Shown here: piece by piece, positions 49,270 to 63,020 of the stretch | Layout: each line of letters starts with the position of its first letter | How positions within the stretch are numbered: the stretch's first letter is position 1 | Origin: Rhizodiscina lignyota | Taxonomy: Eukaryota | Length of the DNA: 64,000 bases | Assembly (NCBI GenBank): GCA_010015805.1 | Contig: ML978121.1 | Location: 372,001-436,000, forward strand | Direction: 5' to 3' | The notes under the pieces: model-generated | Told to the model about the DNA's origin: nothing | Databases searched by the model: none | Seen by the model: the letters and a program-made list of their open reading frames with translations, nothing else | Position numbers and translations under genes: made by a program

Positions 49270-50757
49270 TCAAGCACTTTCATTAGCCCGTGCCCTCTTC
49301 TCTTCTTTTCTTGCGTAGAGACTAGCCGCCAATATCGCAAAGCCACCAACAACGAGGCACGTGCCGCCCCATATCTGGGTATACAAATAACGTCCATTAT
49401 CCTCCTGAATGAGTGTTCCGGCGAGAGGTGGCCCGGTAAGTGAGGGAATGCTCGCCACTGTCAACACCATCCCGACCCTGACACCAATCTTCTGGAGATC
49501 CTTCGTCAGGCTGGCCAGCGCAGCCGCGAACAGACCTTGGAGGCCGGCACCGAAAAAGCCGTAGACAGCACTGAAGGCAATTATGCCGCCGAGGTCGTGA
49601 ACAGCGATCCAAGAATACATGATAATGCCGGAGGATATTGAGAGGATGAGGAACATGTTGACGGGCCCAAGGATTAGGGGGAAGCGGTCTGCAATGATAG
49701 CAGGGACGATGCGACCAATCACAGAAACACCGTTCATGAGGTACAGGATCGAGAGGGAGGTCTTAGCATTGACGTGGATGATGTTCGTTGCATATTGATT
49801 CACCTATGAGGAGTTAGTTCGACGGTCTCGCAGGATGCTCGTTATGCCAGTGTGGTAGACAAAACTTACGTAGAAGAAGGCAAAATATACAGCCCATAGG
49901 ATGAGAAATGCGCCGGCCACAAATAGAGAATATGAAGTCTCTTTGAATGCCGCAAGTTCTAGGAAGGGGCCACCTTCTCTCGGTGGAATCCTCGTCCTGG
50001 TTAGAACAAGCACGATGGCGAAGAATCCGGTCACCATGAAGCCGATGACGCGTACTGTCCATCCAAATCCAAGGGTCGGACCCAATTGTTGTGCGATGAC
50101 GATCCAGACCATGCCGCCGACACTTGTGCCGCATAACATCAATGCGATCGCGAAAGATCTACTCTTCAGAAACCAAGTCGATATCAAACTGATATGCGTC
50201 GGCCACAGTAGAGTAGCAGCCATGCCTCCGCAGATTCCTTGAGCCAAAAAAGCCTGCCAGTATTCCTTCGCCACACTCGTCGTAAATATCCCCACGATCT
50301 GAAAGAGGAAACCCGCAATCAACAAATGCCGGTAGTATCCAGCATCGAACAGACGTCCGGAAAACGTCGCACCGAAACAGAGCAAGAAGATTTGCACACC
50401 GACAATCCACGACACGTCGGAGACCGATTTGTGGAATGTCTCGATATAGTGTGCTTGGAAGTAACCGAAACTATTGATATAACCCCATGTTGTCCAGAGT
50501 ACAAGGTGGCCGGCGAAAACTTGGCTCCAAGCTTGTACACCGCCATCTGGAGGCGGGCCAGAGGAGACGATATCTCGGTGGGGTTGGAGCAGCCGCCATC
50601 TATGGGCCTTTTGTTGCTCTGTATCGGTAGTCGGGGCCGCAGTCGAAGCCAAATGATCCTTTTCCCTTGATAGAACGCCTTGCTCTTGATGTATTTGAAC
50701 TTCTTCTTCTCTGATCGGCTCCGCAGCCGCAACAGCTTCTGCAACAGACAGAGACAT
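49270..50757 (-). CDS. MFS monocarboxylate transporter (Mch family)
   Basis: Motifs PPPDGGVQAWSQV, GYINSFGYFQ, SGRLFDAG, NGVSVIGRIVP and LTGPPLAG. Intron at ~49869-49804. Confidence 0.92.
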
Positions 50758-51824
50758 GACGAAAAAAAAGAGGAGCGGGAAACTTGATGTAAGGTCAAGG
50801 GAACCGGCTGTCGGAGGCCTATATACTGACCATTCTTCACACCGAAATCCACTAACATCTACTTTAGCGCATGTTGACTCAAAATAATCATGGGGGAAAT
50901 GCAGGTTCGAGTGTAGCGCGTCGAACAACGGCACCGATAGCCGTGTTCTATCCTTAATGGATGGAAGCGCGAGACTCTGCGGTCTACGATTGGTTCGAAT
51001 GCTGAGAATTTGGTTAATATTTGATCATTCTTCGATCATGGACTAGTGAAGAACTTTGCGGAGGTAACCCGTAAAATACTCCTGTCGGAATACTCTACCC
51101 CTAACCCTACGGAGTACCTTTCGCGCTATCCATCTATTACGATCTACTCGGAACGGGTCTTACCTAATTCGGGATACAGCATTTTTGCTGGTCCTTCGTT
51201 TTCTGGTAGAACTCCTCATTTCAGTGCAGACCGCTCCACATCTATCACCATCATATTCCCGCAAGAGGCTGTTGCAGGTATCGAGTGGATATATATGTAG
51301 GCTGATTTCCTCTCACGCGAGCCGCGGAGAAGTAACTAACCAAGTCCTTACCTGCGCTTACTTGTTTGTACAGGGCATGTGGCGAGTTTTCCGCTCCGAT
51401 CATGACCAAAGCAATAAACTCCTGCGAGCATCTGGTCGGATCCACACAAACTGCCATCATTCTCTACCGCGTGTGGCGGCTCTGAGTAGCCGTGGACCAC
51501 TGCAGCCACCATGCCAAATTCAGGGTGCGTCATTGCCAGATCCATTATAAACGTCCCACAGTAACGATCCCCGCGCGTTGAAACCTCCCCGACGCGGAAT
51601 GTGGAGTAGCGCCAACTACCCCGGAGGCTTACGACCATCTACCATTGGCTTCGGATGATCACAGGGGATCAACTTGAACTCTGCCCCATGAGGCGCAAGG
51701 TTGAAGATGCTCGGTGTTCATTCCGTTTCATCATTTCATAGCAATGTTTAATAACCTGTCGTGCTCTGATCTCTCTGTTCTCCTCGTCACGGTCTCAAAT
51801 TTCGTTGCCAAAATCCAGTAAATC

Positions 51825-53405
51825 ATGGAGAAGAATATCGAGAGCGGTGTTGCCCATGATGAGACTGTCGCTGTTAGTTTATTGACATCACTACTTTCTC
51901 TTGACTTTGGGCTAACGTATTAATAGAAGGAGGAACATGAAATTGCACCGTCGCCGGTTTCGAGCGAGCTCGACTACGAATATCTGACAGACAAGACGCT
52001 TAATAAAAGTATAGTCAAAAAGATCGACCTCAGAGTCCTCCCGCTCTGCTGCTGGATCTATCTTTTGAATTACCTTGACCGTGGTAATGTCGGTAATGCG
52101 AAGGTTCTCAACCAGGAGACTGGCGATGATCTGCTTCAGCAGACGCACATGTCGGCCACAGGTTACGCTGTTGCTGTCAGCTTGTTCTCGGTCGCGTATA
52201 CTATATTCGAGGTGCCTTCGAATATGGTCATGAAACGTTGGGTGAGGCCGAGTCTCTGGCTTGGATTCCTGCTCTTTGGCTGGGGTGTCCTGACAATGGG
52301 CTTCGCGGGTGTGCATAACTATGCCACAGTCGTTGTCTTGAGATTCCTCATTGGTGCTTTTGAGGCCGGTTTTTTCCCTGGTAAGAATCTCCTCCAGCCA
52401 AAATACGCATAATCTAACTTGTGTGCTTCCCGTAAAGGCATAGTGTACTTCATAACCATGTGGTATCGTGTTCAAGAGCGTTCATTAAGAATTGCGTTTG
52501 TGGTCGCGCACGCCAACCTTGCTGGAGCCTTCGGTGGTGCTATCGCATACGGCTTTGGCGAGATCAATGGCAGCAACGGCCTCCAGGGCTTCAGATGGCT
52601 CTTCATTGTTGAGGGCTTGATCACAGCACTCTGCTGCCTCCTTGTCATCCTCTTCCTGCCAGACTATCCGTCCCGCGCCCGTTGGCTGACCGAAGATGAC
52701 AAGAAATACGCCGAAGATCGTCTCAAGATTCACGGAGGAGGCTATACAAAGACACATGCAACTTGGAAAGAAATCCGCGAGACTTGCTTCAGCCCAAGAA
52801 TGCTGTTGCATTACCTTATTTACATCCTGGACTGCGTCCCGCTCGGCAGCTTCACATTCTTCACTCCCACCCTGGTCACCGGGCTTGGCTATAAATCACT
52901 AGAAGCTCAACTGCTCACCATTCCGCCTTGGGTCTGCGGGTACACCATGGCTCTTGTCCTCTCCTTCAGTGCCGACCATTTCAACGCGAGAGGGTGGCAT
53001 GTTGCTATTGGCTCCGTCCTTGGTGGCGCGGGTTGGCTAACTGCCGCTGCCCTCCCACACGACATGTACACAGCTCGCTATGGTGCACTCGTTCTAGCAG
53101 CATGTGGCGCGTTCCCAGTCTCGGCACCGCTATCAGCTTGGGTCACGTGCAACGTCCCGAGTCTGACCACTATGTTCATCGCAACGGCATTGAATAACAG
53201 CTGCGCTGGAGTTAGCCAGGTTATCGCCCAGTGGATCTGGAAGCCAGACGAGGCGGCTATCGGGTACCCGACTGGCAACTACATGTGTGCAGGGTGCAGT
53301 TTCGCAGTTGCTATACTGTCTGTTGTGTTAAGGTTGTGGTATGGACGCATGAACAAGCATGGTGTTCCAGATGCGAGCGGCAACAAGAGAGAGTGGCTTC
53401 TGTGA
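51825..53405 (+). CDS. MFS anion:cation symporter (Dal5/Tna1 family)
   Basis: Motifs KIDLRVLP, YLDRGNVGNA, FEVPSN, RFLIGAFEAGFFP and GFRWLFIVEG...LPDYP. Two introns. Confidence 0.92.
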
Positions 53406-53457
53406 GAGGAAACACAGCTGCGAAATGCAGGTGGAGAGCGTCTCGAGCTATATCTTA

Positions 53458-53608
53458 GACTTAGAGCGATAGACTTCAGAGCGATAGACTTCAGAGCGAT
53501 AGACTTAGAGCGATAGACTTCAGAGCGATAGACTTCAGAGCGATAGACTTAGAGCGATGAACTTTAGAGCGATAGACTCAGAGAGATGGACTTAGAGCGA
53601 TGGACTTA
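53458..53608. repeat. Minisatellite, 14/15-bp unit GACTT(C)AGAGCGATA, about 10.5 copies
   Basis: Read directly from the sequence. The first six units alternate 14-15-15-14-15-15 and the array then degenerates. Confidence 0.95.
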
Positions 53609-53965
53609 AGCAGCAAGGGTATCTCGTGGATTGCTAGATGAAAGCTTTGTAGCTATGAGACCTCAGAAGAATCAGTAGACGGAATAAGAATGTAAAGGAG
53701 CAGTATCATCTGTTATTAATAATGAACCGCCAAAAATTATGTTCCTGGCAAATAATTTACGGTGCCACCGAGTCGAAGGTATACGGAGTTCGCTCGTCCG
53801 TCGGTGCTCTTTTGCCTCGGAATGGAAAGTAGAATGAAGGCCGGAAAGTCTAGTATATGCATGTAAAGATTAGAACCTTCCTGCAAATGTAGCAGGCATA
53901 GCACTCTTATAACTTTGCTCAATTGATCAAATCGCGTTCAAATCATGTCAAATGTCCAAATCTGT

Positions 53966-55358
53966 TCACTCCCGACCCACGACTCTCCTTTCAAAATCCT
54001 CACCGACCCGCACCCCATCCACCACTTCAACTCCCTTGCCGAGTCCAACCATATCTCCGCTCTGCCACCATTTCCCATCTCGCTTCTCCTCTTTTTCTTC
54101 GCCCATCTCATCTTCCGTATCGACCAGTCCTCCCAAGCCACCTCCGTCTCCGCCAACAATAACCACCACCTGTCCAACCCAGCCTTTGATTTGCTCAACA
54201 ACATCGCCATGCGAGCCAGATAATGATTCAACGATGTAGACCATGTCCGGTGCAAGATGTCTCAGCATATGAACGCAGCCAGTTTGTGTCGTGAATGGCA
54301 TCATCATCGTAGGCTTCGATACTAATTGAAGGGCCTCCTGCTGCAACCGGTCGAATAAAGCCTGACTAGCCTCAACGTCTCTGGCAGACAACGCTGGTGT
54401 ATGGGTACCTGGGTCGAGATGAGTGAGCTCTTCACCTGGCGTTTGTGCAGGTGTCGAGAGCGCAGAGTATGAGGAAGAGAGGGAGACTGGATTGTCCTTT
54501 CCCCCTTGGGAGGAGAGCGACGGCGCGTAGATGAGGACGAAGAGGTTAGTAGTGGCAGGATCAACCGGTGGGAGGTGCGAGAGAACAGACTGTATCTTAA
54601 TTAGCGGATGGAATGGGTAAAAATGTGGCGCATGAAAAGCGTACGGCGTGCTCTTTTAGATATCCTTGATCATCCTCTTGCAAATGGTCTAATGTAGTTT
54701 CCGCAGAGACGACGATTACCACAGACCTCTTCCTCGCACCTGTTGGGAGGCTCCTTTGCTGCGGTGGCAGTGCGCCACTCATCGTCCTGCGCACATCCGC
54801 CTCCTCGCTCCATCGCTCGTGGTCGCCGAAATCATCTTTTTCCTCTTCTCTAATAGAGCTCAGTGCGCCGCCCATTACAGCTCCTGCAGCAGCAACTCCA
54901 GCTGCTACTTTCTTGCTCGCGATATCGAATGCTTGCTGCGGCGACGGCGTTCGTCTGATTGCCCCCTGTACCCGACCGAGAATCGTATCGTCCTCTCCTC
55001 TCTCCTCTCTCTCAATCTTCTCCTCGTATCTCCTCCTCTCATCATAGTCCCCCGTCACGCCAGCAGACACGGATGTCTGTTCCGCGCCGACTGCTCCATC
55101 ATATCCCGCCCCTGCACCAGCTGGTCCGCCGGGGCCTCGTCCCTCATAGTACTGCTCCCTTCCGTAGTCAAGGTGTTCATCGCTGCTGCTTGCATCATCA
55201 TCGTGCTCAGAGCGCTCGCTCCATATCCACGCGACGACACCCGCAGTTGCGAGTGTGACGGTCAGTGCGAGAGGGACCCAGTATCCGAATGTTGTGCGGC
55301 GCGTAGAGCGCGTCGTAGAGCTGGCGCGGCGGTCATAGCGATCGTAGGAGAATGACAT
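53966..55358 (-). CDS. Pex22-like peroxin of filamentous fungi
   Basis: N-terminal TM (FGYWVPLALTVTLATAGVVAWIWSER), RRTPSPQQAFD, DFGDHERWSEEA, intron at ~54644-54591, SVLSHLP...LFVLIYAP and C-terminal VGGDGGGLGGLVDTEDE...DFERRV. The family was recognised from memory. Confidence 0.72.
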
Positions 55359-55889
55359 TCTTGGATATTTTTGGAGTTTACATCCTCTTGCGGGGTATAC
55401 GGGCAATTCGAGCGGTTTTTTCAGGATCCTGTCGCGAGCAGGAGTAGTATTCGAAGGCTGGCGTCGAGGTGGCTGGTGGTCTGCTTGTTGACGTGGGGAA
55501 ACAGCTCAGCTAGCTGCGGAAGCTTGTGATGAGCAGGGATCTTGCATTTACGCTCATACAGGGCGCAGCCTCCCGCTCCAGGTGCTAGACGTACCGATAT
55601 TCGGGTACGTTCTACCGATGCTAGGGGGATCAAGCACCCAGGCCGTGCATGACTCAATCAATGTCGAATGCCATACACATTTTCTCTGATGCGTGACACA
55701 ACATTTTTGAGCTTCACAACTACTCAAATATCGGGTCGCTCCATGGAAATTCACGTTCAAAAGATATAACAGATGATGTTTTGAATCTATCCCATTGCAT
55801 ATCGCGCGCCTGCAAGAGTCGGACGTCTATATTCGCGGGTGACGCCTCTTCCCTAACCTCACGAGAGCAAGCGCGAGCTCCTCAAGAAG

Positions 55890-57752
55890 ATGCCTCACGC
55901 AACCGTGCCATCCCCAGGCTTCCAGGCCTTCATACTATGTGGGCCTGGAGTATCACTCAACACGTTCACCTCGAATCCGAAGGATTTCCCAAAAGCTCTC
56001 GTGCCAATCGCAAACCGGCCCATGGTATGGTATCCATTGGAATGGTGCTATCGCATGGGCGTAACAAGTACGTGAATCCATTAAAGTGCTGTACAGGAAC
56101 TCCTACTTACAGATTGAGTTCGTAGACATTCAACTCATCACACCACCCGAATCTGCGCCTGCTCTCGAAGCAGCACTATCACAAAACCCCCACCTTACGT
56201 CGCTGCCCGCACCGAAGCCAGATGTTCTTGCGCCTGAGGACCTTACACAGACTACGGGCACGGGTGAGATATTCAGATTACCAGAAGTGCAAGAGGCAAT
56301 CACAGGAGACTTCATAGTTCTTCCTTGCGATCTGATTTGTGAGCTCGATGGTTCTGAGCTCGCAGAAGCATGGATGATCCAGGAGGGCGGCCTTGGAGCA
56401 GCATCCGGCGGCATAGACGATGACGGCGTGCCTATTCGTATGGGCATTGGTGGTGAGAAGAGTGGACGAAGAGGCGGTCTGGGTGTATGGTACGAGACGA
56501 AAGGCGAGGGTGCCGTGAAGGGTCAAGAGACGGATTTCATTGCGACTACACCATTACCGGCATCAACGGCACCTACTCCAACTGGCTCTTTGAGACCAGA
56601 CATATCGAAACTAGCATACGCAATGCCTACAGATACGTTGAAGGACATCTCGGAGGAGAAGAAGGGATTCCCGATACGGCACGCATTGCTAAAGAAGCAT
56701 GGGAGAATCAAGATGCTAATGACTCATCGGGATGCCCATATCTACCTCTTTCCATATTGGGTGGCTCAGATGATGGCGCATAATGACAAGTTTGACAGCT
56801 TGTCGGAGGACGTGGTTGGGTGGTGGGCAAAGGCAGGCTGGCAAGACGGTCTTGGGGAAAAATTAGGATTACGAGGCATCCTACAAAGCTCCGGCAATAA
56901 GGAAATCAACGATTCGACTAATTCGAATGAACTGGACGACGAGGTTGACGTTGCTGCATTGAGCACCACCCAGTCAAAGCCATACACGAATGGCGAAAGG
57001 ACACATACTACAAAACTTGCATCGCGGGCGCAAGACTCGTCAATCGACTCACTCACGATCGAGCCGCCCCTCCAAATACCACCAATATTGGCCTATGTCC
57101 AGCCATCAGATCCATCATTGCCGTTCATCCGCCGTGTTGACACCGCTACTCTTCTACTTAGCATTTCGCTCCGCCTCGCAAAGTTACCATCAATGGAAGA
57201 TGCGAAAAGGGACAATAAAAGTCCTTCACCGTTAGCACACGCAGCCAAAATAGCCCATCCAGATGCGTTACCAAAGCAAGGCCGTGTGGAGGCTGAGAAT
57301 AGCTTGTTAGCAGAGAACGTCCAGGTTGGCGAGAGAGCGACGATCAAGGAGTCCGTTGTTGGGACTGGATGCACGATCGGAAGTGGCGCACTTCTACAAA
57401 GGTGTCTACTGATGGAAGGTGCAATCGTCGGTGAGAACTGCAGACTGAGTGATTGCATCTTGGGACGCAGGTGTAAGATTACGGGCGGTCCGAGGATGGA
57501 CGAAGAGAAGACCGATCTGAGGAACTGCGAGGTGCAGGAGGGCAATGTTGTGCCATGGGGAAGTGAGTCAACTACTTTTGCTTGAGCTTCACAGGCAATC
57601 AGTATGCTAACCTCATCTTAGCCGACGCGAAGAACGAGAAGTTCATGGTGTTTGAGGGTTTGAGTGATGAAGAACCGTCTAGCGATGATGATGCGCAAGC
57701 CGTGCTAGACGACCTGGATGGTGACGGACAAATGCCAATCAGTGAGCGCTAA
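55890..57752 (+). CDS. GCD1: Translation initiation factor eIF2B gamma subunit
   Basis: Motifs GFQAFILCGPG, PKALVPIANRPMVWYPL, DFIVLPCDLI and DAHIYLFP, plus a left-handed beta-helix (IKESVVGTGCTIG). Introns at ~56068-56125 and 57563-57621. Confidence 0.92.
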
Positions 57753-58689
57753 AGGGAATTATGAGCTGTTAACAGTAGCTCAGGCCATATTGGCTCCATC
57801 TTCAACACATTACCTTGCGTCAACAGAGATCGAGCGCGAGACACTGCATAAATTCCCAGAGGGCCCATTCGGACGCTGAATGGCCGAGACTTTTGCTTGA
57901 GAGCCGAGGGACGAGAGCACATGCAGCTCGGAGCGGAATACGACTTGCTTCTATGACAAGCCGGAGGCTTTGTGGATAGTAGCAGACGTCCAAAGTGATG
58001 CCATGGGTAGAACAAGCATTACTGGAGACGAGTATATATCACATTCTATAGAGAACTACGAAGGTACAGGCGGCTCCAGCTTCGATCAGAATTTTGTGCG
58101 TTGTTCTTTCCGGCTGTTCCCATGAAAATTGAGCCAACTCTACACCGCTGACAATAAGCCCATGCTTCGATCGTCAAGTAGAGAAACTGTTGGTGGAGTG
58201 CAGCACTGCGTAATGGGGCGGCTAGAGGAAAATTGATGCAGAACATCACTGGAGATGTGCCTGATGATTATCTCAAGATAGACACAATATCACAATAGCT
58301 GTGAAGCTATAAAGAAATGCTAGATTTGGGGGACGTCCTGGAGAATTCTCCGGGTGATGTAGAGGATGCCAAGTACAGAGCAGCCAGGTTGGCAAATATA
58401 TACACGGTACAGGCTAAATTAAAAGTACACAATCGTAATCATTATCATCAAAGCAAGAGATCGTAGTATGTACTTATGATGACGAGCTACTATGACAGAC
58501 ATGTGCCGATGCTCATCGTCATAATGCCATATCGAAGAGTAAAATCTTCGCCTAATTACTCGTCCGTCCAGTTTCCCTTAATTCGGAATCAAGAGCACCA
58601 CTTGGCCGATCGCAGTCTGGGAAGCCTCGCTCGCAAAACTCGAATCACAAATCGATTATCTCTCGATATATATCTCACGGCGGCCACGG

Positions 58690-61517
58690 TCAAGTCCAAC
58701 GTGATAGGTCAGGAGACAGTCCCCAATAGGAGTTGCTTGCTTCGGCATCCATCCCCCTCTCGCGGCGTACGTAGTCTCTTCTCACCTTGCCAGCTCCACT
58801 GCCGCCAGTTGAATTGAAAGCTGTTCCACTGTACTCTCCAAGAGACGGAGGAAGGTCTTCCACTCTGGTTCCCCAGCTGCTCTCGTTCCTCCCAAGCGTA
58901 AGGACGAGCTCCTTTCCTTCTGTGAAGAAGCTGTGATCAATCCAATTCTTTGTATATGCTTTACCATCTAATGTGGCGCTTTGGATGTAGATGGCTTCAT
59001 AACTCGGGTCGAAGTTGACGTTGCGGATCCTCGCTGTCTTTCCCGTAACAGGCGAGGTGATGTTGACCGATTCGAAGAAAGACGGAGTTATAAAATAGAC
59101 GTTCTGGCCTGGGTTCGGAAAGAGTCCCATCATGGAGAAAGCAACAAAGGAGCCCATAGTTCCAGAGTCATCATTGCCCGGAAGGCCGTCGCGAGTGGGC
59201 GAAAAGAACCGAGGTATGTAGAAATGAACTCGTTTTGCAGATAGCGCTGGGCGGCCGGCGTAGTGGTATTGATAGACAGTTAGAAATGCGGGCTCTAGGG
59301 ACAGTCAGCGGAAGATGACAGACGTGAGGCAGAAATCGTGTCAATGAAGCCGAGGGAAGCGTACCATTGCCGATGTAGGTAATGTTCCTGTCATGCATAT
59401 AGTCTAATCTGCGAACAAAGGCAGAAGGACCGCCGAGGTCCTTTATTAGAGTTCCCATATCATGCGGCACAAAGAAAGTGTATTCCCAGATACTACTTTC
59501 AAACGTCTCTGCTCCAGTGTTTTGAAGAGAACATATACTTGACGCATTTGTGTCGATGTTGCTACATTTGAGCCTACATGGCTGTTAGTCCCTTCGCATG
59601 TTCCGGAGGATTTATTGTGGAGGACATACGGCTCCTGAAATCCCCAAGTGCGGTTCAGATACTTCGGTTGGAAGAAGCCGACAAATCCTGTGTTTGTACC
59701 ATTGGTGAAAGAAGGCATATCCGGCCGGAACAAGTTCTTCCAATTGCTGCTAGTGGAGACGTATTTCTCAACGTCTGCACTGTGCCCAAGTCCGGAAGCA
59801 AGCCTCGAGATCGTGAAGTCGTTGTAGGAGTACTCGAGAGTTCTCGAAATGCTTCTGGTCATGGTGCCGAAACCTTTGTAGTCAAAATCCTGAACAGGAA
59901 TATACCCAAGTGCATTCCAACTGTCCAGCCCTCCCCTTCCCCGACAGCACCAGTCGTAAGGCTCTACAGTCGCATCTTTGATAACAGCGTCGTACGCTGT
60001 ATCCCAGTCAATACCGTTCGTCAGTCCTTTCTGGTATGCATCAGACAGAACAATGTCGGCATTCGAGCCGCCTGTACCTGATTAGCTTGTAACTTGTCAC
60101 AAATTTCGCGCTACAGTACCTTGAGTATAGCCATGAGCGAACGTCATCCTGCAATCAGGCATCCAGCCTTCATGGCGGTAAATGTCAAGCAGGGCACGTA
60201 TCATTTCTGTCAGTGCTTCGGGGTCTGTGATCGTCAAGAATGGGAACGTCGCTCTGAAGAGATCCCAAATGCTTTGAAGTAGTCAGTGGAGGGTCTGATG
60301 CTGCGGTGGGTGGGGCGTACCAGTAGAAAGAATCGAAGTATGGCTCGCTACTTTGCCAGTTTGGATTCTCTCCGGTGTAATTCTGAGGATTAACGTATGC
60401 TCGGTAGATGCCACTATAGAAATTTTTCACGAGGCTGGAGTTCACACCTGCGGTGGATATCGTGATTGGTGATAGCTTTTTCCTCCAAGCGTCCACTGCA
60501 GCGGAGCGTACACCGTCAAAGTCGTACGAAGGAATCTCTGCTTCCGCATTGTTGCATGCTTGCTCGCTGCTGATGAAGCTTAACCCGACTCTTACAAGGA
60601 CGCTACTTGCTTCTTTAAATCTGACCCAGCCACCACCTGGAAGCGGATACCCGTTGATTGATCGAGATATGGTCAGATCGTGCACCGAAGCACTTGCACG
60701 ACTGTTCACAAATATTCCAGAGTCGCGGATGTCGGCACCGTGGAAGTCAGCGCAGAAATATGCATCGTATGTTCCTTGAGCAAAACTAGGCAAGAATCGA
60801 GCTCCCCCGGTCATGCGGCCTGAACTTGAATCCACTGAAATCGTGCCATTATCCTGACGCGAGTCTTGTAAATCTGTGAGGTCCATAAGAATCAGTGGAG
60901 AAGAGGAGGTTCCATCCGTGCTCGCAGGAAAGTTGAACCGAAAAAGCGATGTGTGTTGAGCCGCAGTCATCTCAGCATTTACACCGCTGTTAAGAGTGAC
61001 TGTGAAGTATCCCGGGCTGGCCTTCAACGAGTCGTTTACGTAATGCATCTTGCGTGAAATTTTCGGGTATGTGCAACGATCGATGTCATCTCCGGGACAG
61101 GAAGCGTACGGGAACAACGCGAAATTCCCCAGACTCGGTGCTCCACCTGTTCCAGAGTCATGCATAGACGAGAAACCTGTTATGTTTGCATTGTCTGCAG
61201 TGAAGCCTCCTTGGTCGCTGTCCGAATCTGTATCGGCAACAGGTTTGGCCATACCTGCTACGATGAGTCTCTGCTGGCCATACGGGAGCGTTTTGGCTCA
61301 CCATATGGGATGTTGGCGCCAGTGAAAACATTCCCTGTTGATTATTAGCATGGGACGCAGAATATTTCTTCAATTACTCACCTCCATTGGTACTTCCGAT
61401 GAGGGTATCAACATATTGGAGGGGATCGCCTGACACCTGAGAAGAGCTACTTTGGCTGAAGACGAAGACGTGGAAATTGAAGAGCGATAGGGTGACAGAC
61501 AGCCATAAACGCGCCAT
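58690..61517 (-). CDS. Secreted glycoside hydrolase family 92 alpha-1,2-mannosidase
   Basis: Signal peptide, then YVDTLIGS, HDSGTGG, PQNYTGENP, SRTLEYSYND, YIGN|EPAF, GLPGNDDSGTMGS and MGLFPNPGQ. Many introns. Confidence 0.93.
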
Positions 61518-63020
61518 ATCGTGCAGGTCATGGAAAGCACCAGTGAACAACTAGAAAATTATAAGAGACTTGAAGACCGTGAATCGCTGAATATCCGGGC
61601 AGGCGGCGTGGGATCGGCAGGTCTTTTCAACTTCAACACTGTAATCCCTTCCATGATCGTCTTACATCGATACAGGAAGGGACATTTGCATAGTCACCCC
61701 CCATTTCAGGAAGCAGGTGGTCAACCTGAATACATCCAGGATATATATGTATCCAATCACTCCTTGTCGATTAAAGAAGGAATAGCTCGTGAGAGTTGCA
61801 TCTCGAATCGGATTAGACCCGCATGCACGTGATAGTCTATCACTGATCTGTGCTTAAAGTTACGATTGGTCAGATCCACTCTGAATAAAACTTGTGAAAA
61901 GGCATTTCCGGAAGTAGGGGTAGCTGCGTACTCGCCCCTGCCTGTAACGAATCTTGCGCATGGAAAAGAGGAGTTGGTCACATTGAAAGAGTTGCATCGA
62001 GTTGCGCTCCTGGCATTACGATAGGTACTGCAGCTTTTTGTGGGTAAATGAGCTTCCCCGAAGAGGCATGGGTTGACACTTGACCTTCCGAATCGCGGAA
62101 AGTCACTTGGGACGCGTTCCTGGCGAAAGGATCACACAATCCAAGGCATGCAGGTTGCAGATTGCATATAGGTATTCATATCGAGGTGATGGTAAAGCCT
62201 GTTCCTGTCAGCGCTATTCCCGCTTCTCCGCGAATTCGAATAGTACTACCACCGGATCCAGGATACCCAGGAAGCGTAGTATTAGAGTAAAGGTTTATCT
62301 TGCAGTTTTCCACGCCTTGAAATGCTAACATAGTTCCTCAATTTTCCAATTGGAACCGTAATCTCACTATGATCGATCTTTGTGAGACAGGGCGCGCAGG
62401 AGCGGTGGAACCATTGGAAAGAGTCATCTGGTCATCGACTACGCGTTAGTCGGGCTGTTTCTTTGAAATTCGCATTAGCAACGCTCAAAGCAGGCCCTTC
62501 CCATGCCAGTGAACGATGCTGTTCGGATACACCGAGATTGGACAATCAAACTGAAGTTGAGAGTCGCGTCGTTCAAATTCAGCCGCGTCGCACAGCCCGG
62601 GGAGAAGCAACGAAAACTGATATTGCTAAAGCGCTCTACTCTAACGGGGCCAGGGGATCATGATTTGCATTTATATATCACTTATCTTACAACTAACTTG
62701 GAAAGTACTTGCCCTCAAGTAATATAGTACCAGACTTCAATCCATCGTCTTCTCGAAACTCAGACGCGATATCGGCATTACCATTGCGAGGACTCGCCGA
62801 TCGCTGCGCCGTGGCGCGCTCGCGGGGATTCATGCCCTCTAACCACCTGCCTAAACGATCCGCGTGATAGGAAGACATGCGTACAGATCAATGACCGCAC
62901 GAAATCGAATTCACTTATCCCCGATTGATAGAATGATATCAGTCTTCCTGGCTTGCCGGTCTACAAATCCACCGCGGTGCTCTTTCTGAGCTTTTGCCAG
63001 AGGCAACACTTCCCGTCACG

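Noticed and set aside
51095..51110. Telomere-like CCCTAACCCTA
   Set aside because: Fewer than two full units; expected by chance.
6554..61517. Secondary-metabolite cluster suggested by the BVMO, FAD oxidase, CoA ligase, SDR and MFS genes
   Set aside because: There is no backbone enzyme or pathway regulator, and the genes are interspersed with housekeeping genes.
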